Below are positions 61,801 through 64,000 of a stretch of DNA of 64,000 nt, in pieces (positions within the stretch are counted from its first letter, which is position 1; each line of letters starts with the position of its first letter). The position numbers and the translations under genes were made by a program. The DNA comes from Botryllus schlosseri. Lineage: Eukaryota. A model generated the notes under the pieces. The model had not been told where the DNA came from and did not search any database. It saw only the letters and a program-made list of their open reading frames with translations. The stretch covers positions 18,972,001 through 19,036,000 of the forward strand of contig CM119372.1 of assembly GCA_051294905.1 (NCBI GenBank), written 5' to 3'.

Positions 61801-64000
61801 CGTCACAATATCAAACTCCATTACAATGCAACATTCGAGGCAGATTTTGGGGCTTCCAGGACGACGAGCAGAATAAAAATTATACTTTAGCAATCAGTAC
61901 CGCTGTAGCTTTTGATCGATATCCGTTTTATCAAATTTCGCGCTCGGCAAGCCGGTCAAAAATTGCCGTCAAATTGCCTATTGCCAAATAGAACATGTGA
62001 CGCAGACCAATTTCACTGAGCCGTGAGATTTGCTTGTGTCCGCACCATATAGGACACTCTGGTCAGATGATTACATACTCTGTGATTACCGTATATTCTA
62101 GGTTATTTGTCATCTCTGATCCATATCAATTGCACTGTAGCAATGTAGCGAATTGATTGATTGTTCCGTAGTACCGCGAATGTAGTATATTCTGGCTGTC
62201 CGATCTAGGCTAAGTGATATCGTGCTTGGTAGCGACTAGGGCTTCTTTGTGGTTTCTTAAACTGTTGTTATTTTTATTTTGCACATCCATATTGCTATGA
62301 CATCATGACTAGTGATTCTCAATCTCGATTTTTCCGTCCCTGTTTATTGAAGCTCTATTGAGTGACTGACTGAATTTCTAGTCATTGTTGTTGGTTGAAA
62401 ATCTTAAAACAGCATTTCCTAACTGTGTCAGATTATCAGACTCTTTTGATATGGAGAGGACATTAGATCGCTGCACTAGACTTTTCTGCATGCCATAAGC
62501 GTGCTGTGGACATTAAAGTTAAAAACTGCTGTTTGAGAAACCATGTCATAAAACATCATCTATAATGTAATGTGTTGCAACAGGTTACAAGTTTCACACA
62601 GAAGGTAGGCAGTAGTTGGGTGTTCGAAAGTTAGCAATTACTTGTTTAATCGTCACAGATCGAGCCTGTGGTAGAATGTCATGTTGACGTGATAGACACC
62701 ACAATAATCGTTTCATATGCTGGATGTCATTAATTGCGTTACGGGAATTGTGGATGGAATAGGCATCAATATCGTTGATCGTGATCTGTTCATGCATGCT
62801 ATTGTGATTTGTTATTGTCCGGTAGCATATGTGTAGGTATTTACAATGGTGTGACAAGCTGCTGTGTTATTGCGCTAACACGTAGTCAATTTCAAGATAC
62901 GTAATTCTAGTGTGTAAGAATGGACTGCACAAATGCAATGTTCCCTAAAGGTCTGAAAATGACTGCGACATGTAAGCCTGAGTAAACGGATTAATTTGTA
63001 TGCAGAAGCATACAGCGAGTTTAATTGTGTTTTCAATGGACTCCTGAATTATGCAGCTGCTCCGCGCATAAATTTAATCGCACGTTGATCGTTTGAGACT
63101 TGAACAGATTTCTCGACAATGACACAATCAAGGTCTCCAACTGAAACTAGAACTTTTGTTAACATTATCAAAGCAGCGTTTGTTTAATTGTCTTGCCTAT
63201 TTCATGTGATCCTGAATGCTGTGAAATTGAACAACATTCATATGACATGTTCCGGTGTTCCATATGAGCAATATCTGATATATCAATGGATTTAAATAAG
63301 TCAACTGTCTTTGACCTTGCGAATTCCTGGTACGCGGATCACGACGCCCTGTGGCTGTTATGATGTATAATTTTCTTTTGTCCGATTTGTGCTACCAAAA
63401 TGTGCAATGTTCTATTCGACTCGCTTGATGTTGGATTTGGAGTAGTAGTACTGCTAATGTAGGTGTAGCATGCCAATTGCTCACTCAGTACACTCACATT
63501 GCAGATAAGTGGGCTGTGAATCCTTGCAATATTGGCACAGCAAGAAATTGCACCGAGATTGCATTTTATGCATCTTTTTATAGGCCTTGAAAATCTACCT
63601 ATGTTTTCCTGGCCTTAGGAAATTGATCATCAATCGAAAGATATCCAAATAATTGATTAAATCTCCCATGAATAATACACGATGTTAAACGAACGACCAA
63701 CTGCACTTGAGCTTTTATCAATTCTAGTTAATACGACCAGTTTTAATATTTCAATAAGCTATTGATGTGCCAAACACACACGCCATTGTAAATCCATCGA
63801 TCCGTGATCCGAACCCCTAATCCGAGTTCAAATTTCAGCCCGCAGCAATGGATTCTCCGCCGGACTTGGTCTGACACGAATTTATATTTCCTAGGTTTTA
63901 TCGCCTTCACCCGGCGGTACATTCTCGATAGGACCCGGCCTGTTGGTCACACCAAAAGAGGAGAGCGATGGGAAAGCAAGACGAAAGCTCGCGAAAGAGT
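25796..64000 (+). CDS. PLCL: Phospholipase C-like protein (PRIP/PLCL family), 3'-incomplete; exons 25796-25821, 27484-27619, 28446-28577, 45060-45247, 45942-46011, 47858-48008, 50317-50465, 51941-52057, 53491-53596, 56169-56323, 58229-58353, 58410-58493, 60839-60998, 61056-61202, 63895-64000+
   Basis: The spliced product reads RRRSIIK-DPS...[12 protein letters not shown]...[17 protein letters not shown]..(PH), [10 protein letters not shown] (EF-hand), [93 protein letters not shown] (X-box) and RKLAKE (Y-box start). This matches PLCL1/PLCL2 landmarks as I recall them. GT-AG and phase-consistent throughout. Confidence 0.9.
26900..27336. mobile_element. hAT MITE in a PLCL intron
   Basis: TIR tagggctgggca / tgcccagccctg; TSD GTCGGCAC / GTCAGCAC (7/8). 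Confidence 0.85.
27484..27619 (+). CDS. PLCL: PLCL N-terminal exon ([13 protein letters not shown]...VATQ)
   Basis: Polypyrimidine acceptor ttctttttttcag; phase-0 donors at 27620 (gtagaa) or 27626 (gtaagg); in-frame ATG at 27515. Confidence 0.6.
28030..28306. mobile_element. Degenerate MITE with gttcgcgttcac subterminal repeats
   Basis: cagggatggtgtgaa / ttcacactatcctta inverted termini; no TSD recognised. Confidence 0.55.
28446..28577 (+). CDS. PLCL: PLCL exon ending RRRSIIK
   Basis: Acceptor ttacag, donor gtatga; RRRSIIK|DPS reproduces the vertebrate PLCL1 RRSSIIK-DPS stretch. Confidence 0.85.
28983..29100. repeat. Copy of the aatgaacccgaatattttcggc family
   Basis: Inverted match to 34965-35127; related to 24790-25080. 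Confidence 0.6.
31343..31941. mobile_element. hAT MITE
   Basis: TIR caggggtgggcaaac / gtttgcccacccgtg; perfect TSD GTGTAGAT (31335-31342, 31942-31949). Confidence 0.88.
32067..32521. mobile_element. hAT MITE
   Basis: TIR caggggtcaccga / ttggcgacccttg; TSD CTGTACGC / CTGTAGGC (7/8). Confidence 0.82.
34965..35127. repeat. Copy of the aatgaacccgaatattttcggc family (inverted)
   Basis: Its reverse complement matches 28983-29100 and the ~24820-24930 segment. Confidence 0.6.
38321..38710 (+). repeat. AAGCTAAT(G/T)-based microrepeat array (left TIR)
   Basis: Directly visible mixed 8-11-nt units aagctaatga(aa), aagctaatt, aagctaagt, aaaagt. Confidence 0.95.
38913..40355 (+). CDS. MULE transposase ORF (480 codons; first ATG 39060), C-terminally truncated
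   Basis: GIDKTYN (D1, 39756), GTDDEIAL..A (D2, 39963), CVNH (CxxH, 40026-40037), PHGNS..YIRT N-terminal motif; no TNN-x-x-E catalytic Glu motif seen before the stop. Confidence 0.82.
   Translation: MSRLLWSWSWSFTPGNFLHFYSVAADIIVDFKTNILRKAAKIHRIFYDDMGAWTKTKQAYSYYLKTEDRLRYVYKPRCHRGAICTLKMKEYLPFSPQPSPGDVLMVGRYYAKSKNNPGYEKRISWIESGPSDPCNVCIVEYKGISGDCSPHGNSSVNFQNYIRTPPSTIEKIKEKVTYGTGKRVYVDLQNDSKSISQMPRNISQIHHTKHREKVSKEGHSSLSRDCYADELLDVINMMHTEKFVRRVIHYPAKASSIIVYTDDQITDLKKMCCTGKTVLGIDKTYNLGNVYATVAVFKNVKMISTRTQENPIFIGPIYLHHRSDRGTFNDFFSHLSSVIGGTFDHLVVGTDDEIALHSAIENSFKNCKHVLCVNHLKTNLVDKLQHGIGASKHLRKSLVNQVFNLLNSKDEIEFNRREEDLLTMCHSICPMLVTYLQNRLLPLLRKKVWQMRSFIGTMFNPKSAMCSGSKYNNFHSHWER
40570..41026 (-). repeat. 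Inverted microrepeat array (right TIR)
   Basis: ttagcttttca / ttagcttaa / ttagcttac units, the reverse complement of the left array. Confidence 0.95.
41439..42317 (+). CDS. Candidate alternative first exon of PLCL (293 aa acidic/Ser-Pro-rich N-terminus), or a nested single-exon ORF ending at 42449
   Basis: 336-codon open frame inside a PLCL intron; the donor gtcagt at 42318 is phase 0 and joins in frame to exon 45060. Confidence 0.6.
42640..44400 (-). pseudogene. Decayed L1/Tx1-like LINE RT fragment
   Basis: Minus-strand [12 protein letters not shown] (YADD-like, ~43560) followed ~550 nt later by [21 protein letters not shown] (GGL-x-x-P-like); many stops. Confidence 0.4.
45060..45247 (+). 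CDS. PLCL: PLCL exon: PP1-binding motif KKSVSF and PH domain start
   Basis: [62 protein letters not shown]; ttag / gtacgt. Confidence 0.92.
45942..46011 (+). CDS. PLCL: PLCL exon (PH domain)
   Basis: [23 protein letters not shown]; ttcag / gtaagt. Confidence 0.92.
46100..47600 (-). pseudogene. Possible further decayed L1/Tx1-like fragment
   Basis: Minus-strand [27 protein letters not shown] resembles the post-RT GGL-x-x-PN motif; weak. Confidence 0.25.
47858..48008 (+). CDS. PLCL: PLCL exon (PH domain)
   Basis: [37 protein letters not shown]; aacag / gtaagg. Confidence 0.92.
48258..49523. mobile_element. Non-autonomous hAT (1.27 kb), un-nested sibling of 6653-11936, opposite orientation
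   Basis: TIR cagagggtgtca / tgaccacctctg; TSD CTTACTAA / CTTACTGA (7/8); colinear with the non-nested parts of 6653-11936. Confidence 0.9.
49138..49159. mobile_element. 22-bp perfect palindrome CAGGGATATCTAGATATCCCTG, second copy
   Basis: Flanks TGTGAACT / TGTGAACG (7/8); the sibling hAT at ~7015-7030 shows the empty site. Confidence 0.78.
50317..50465 (+). CDS. PLCL: PLCL exon (PH end, EF-hand)
   Basis: [32 protein letters not shown]; catcag / gtgagt. Confidence 0.92.
51941..52057 (+). CDS. PLCL: PLCL exon (EF-hand region)
   Basis: [26 protein letters not shown]; ttttcag / gtttgt. Confidence 0.88.
53491..53596 (+). CDS. PLCL: PLCL exon (EF-hand region)
   Basis: [35 protein letters not shown]; ttctag / gtatgt. 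Confidence 0.92.
53985..54152. mobile_element. Short hAT-type MITE (168 bp)
   Basis: ctatgatccctc / gagggaacaatg termini; perfect TSD CTTCACTC (53977-53984, 54153-54160). Confidence 0.78.
54708..55007. mobile_element. hAT MITE (300 bp), family of 2347-2651
   Basis: TIR caggggttctcaacc / ggttgagaaccactg; perfect TSD TATTAGAG (54700-54707, 55008-55015). Confidence 0.92.
56169..56323 (+). CDS. PLCL: PLCL exon (EF-hand to X-box linker)
   Basis: [43 protein letters not shown]; gaag / gtgagc. Confidence 0.92.
58229..58353 (+). CDS. PLCL: PLCL exon (X-box start, SSHNTYL)
   Basis: [31 protein letters not shown]; cgtag / gtggta. Confidence 0.94.
58410..58493 (+). CDS. PLCL: PLCL exon (X-box, ELDCWDG...HGHT)
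   Basis: [27 protein letters not shown]; gtcag / gtttgt; preceding intron is 56 nt. Confidence 0.92.
58530..59317. mobile_element. hAT MITE just downstream of the catalytic-His exon
   Basis: TIR cagtggttctcaa / ttgagaaccaatg; perfect TSD TACTATAT (58522-58529, 59318-59325). Confidence 0.9.
60839..60998 (+). CDS. PLCL: PLCL exon (X-box, [11 protein letters not shown])
   Basis: [53 protein letters not shown]; tctcag / gtattg. Confidence 0.93.
61056..61202 (+). CDS. PLCL: PLCL exon (X-box end and acidic linker)
   Basis: [49 protein letters not shown]; tttag / gtacca. Confidence 0.93.
61406..62061. mobile_element. Short (656 bp) member of the CATAG foldback family (cf. 7081-9182)
   Basis: catagtgtcctagatggtgtggacacaagc / cttgtgtccgcaccatataggacactctg; perfect 7-bp TSD GTCAGAT (61399-61405, 62062-62068); diverged arms of roughly 280 bp. 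Confidence 0.9.
63895..64000 (+). CDS. PLCL: PLCL exon (X-Y linker into Y-box), cut by the window edge
   Basis: Acceptor tttcctag; [17 protein letters not shown] resembles the KL-x-KELSDLV Y-box entry. Confidence 0.75.

Noticed and set aside
63839-63868. Possible micro-exon [10 protein letters not shown] before the last PLCL exon
   Set aside because: It would need a 26-nt intron and a weak donor, and the frame hits TGA if read through.

Overview
This is eukaryotic (animal) genomic DNA, not prokaryotic. GT-AG introns as short as 56-64 nt and dense MITEs suggest an invertebrate chordate such as an ascidian (inference only). Two spliced genes lie on the + strand. (1) The 3' part of a Cullin-1 gene: 10 exons from 457 to the stop at 5091. 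(2) A large phospholipase C-like gene (PLCL/PRIP family), about 25.8 kb to beyond the window end. It has the PRIP-diagnostic RRxSIIK-DPS...KKSVSF N-terminus, PH, EF-hand, X-box and the start of the Y-box, plus a candidate alternative first exon at 41439-42317. Unlike vertebrate PRIPs, it keeps both catalytic histidines and the Ca2+ ligands visible in the window. The rest is a dense transposon landscape: at least 12 hAT-type non-autonomous elements with 8-bp target-site duplications (TSDs), long-TIR foldback elements with 7-bp TSDs, a young Mutator/Phantom-like element whose TIRs are built from AAGCTAAT(G) microrepeats, decayed L1/Tx1-like LINE relics and a three-level nest at 6.4-12.0 kb. A 22-bp palindrome flanked by 8-bp TSDs occurs at two independent sites. 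No rRNA, tRNA or CRISPR was seen. All coordinates and alignments were read by eye; nothing was searched or computed.
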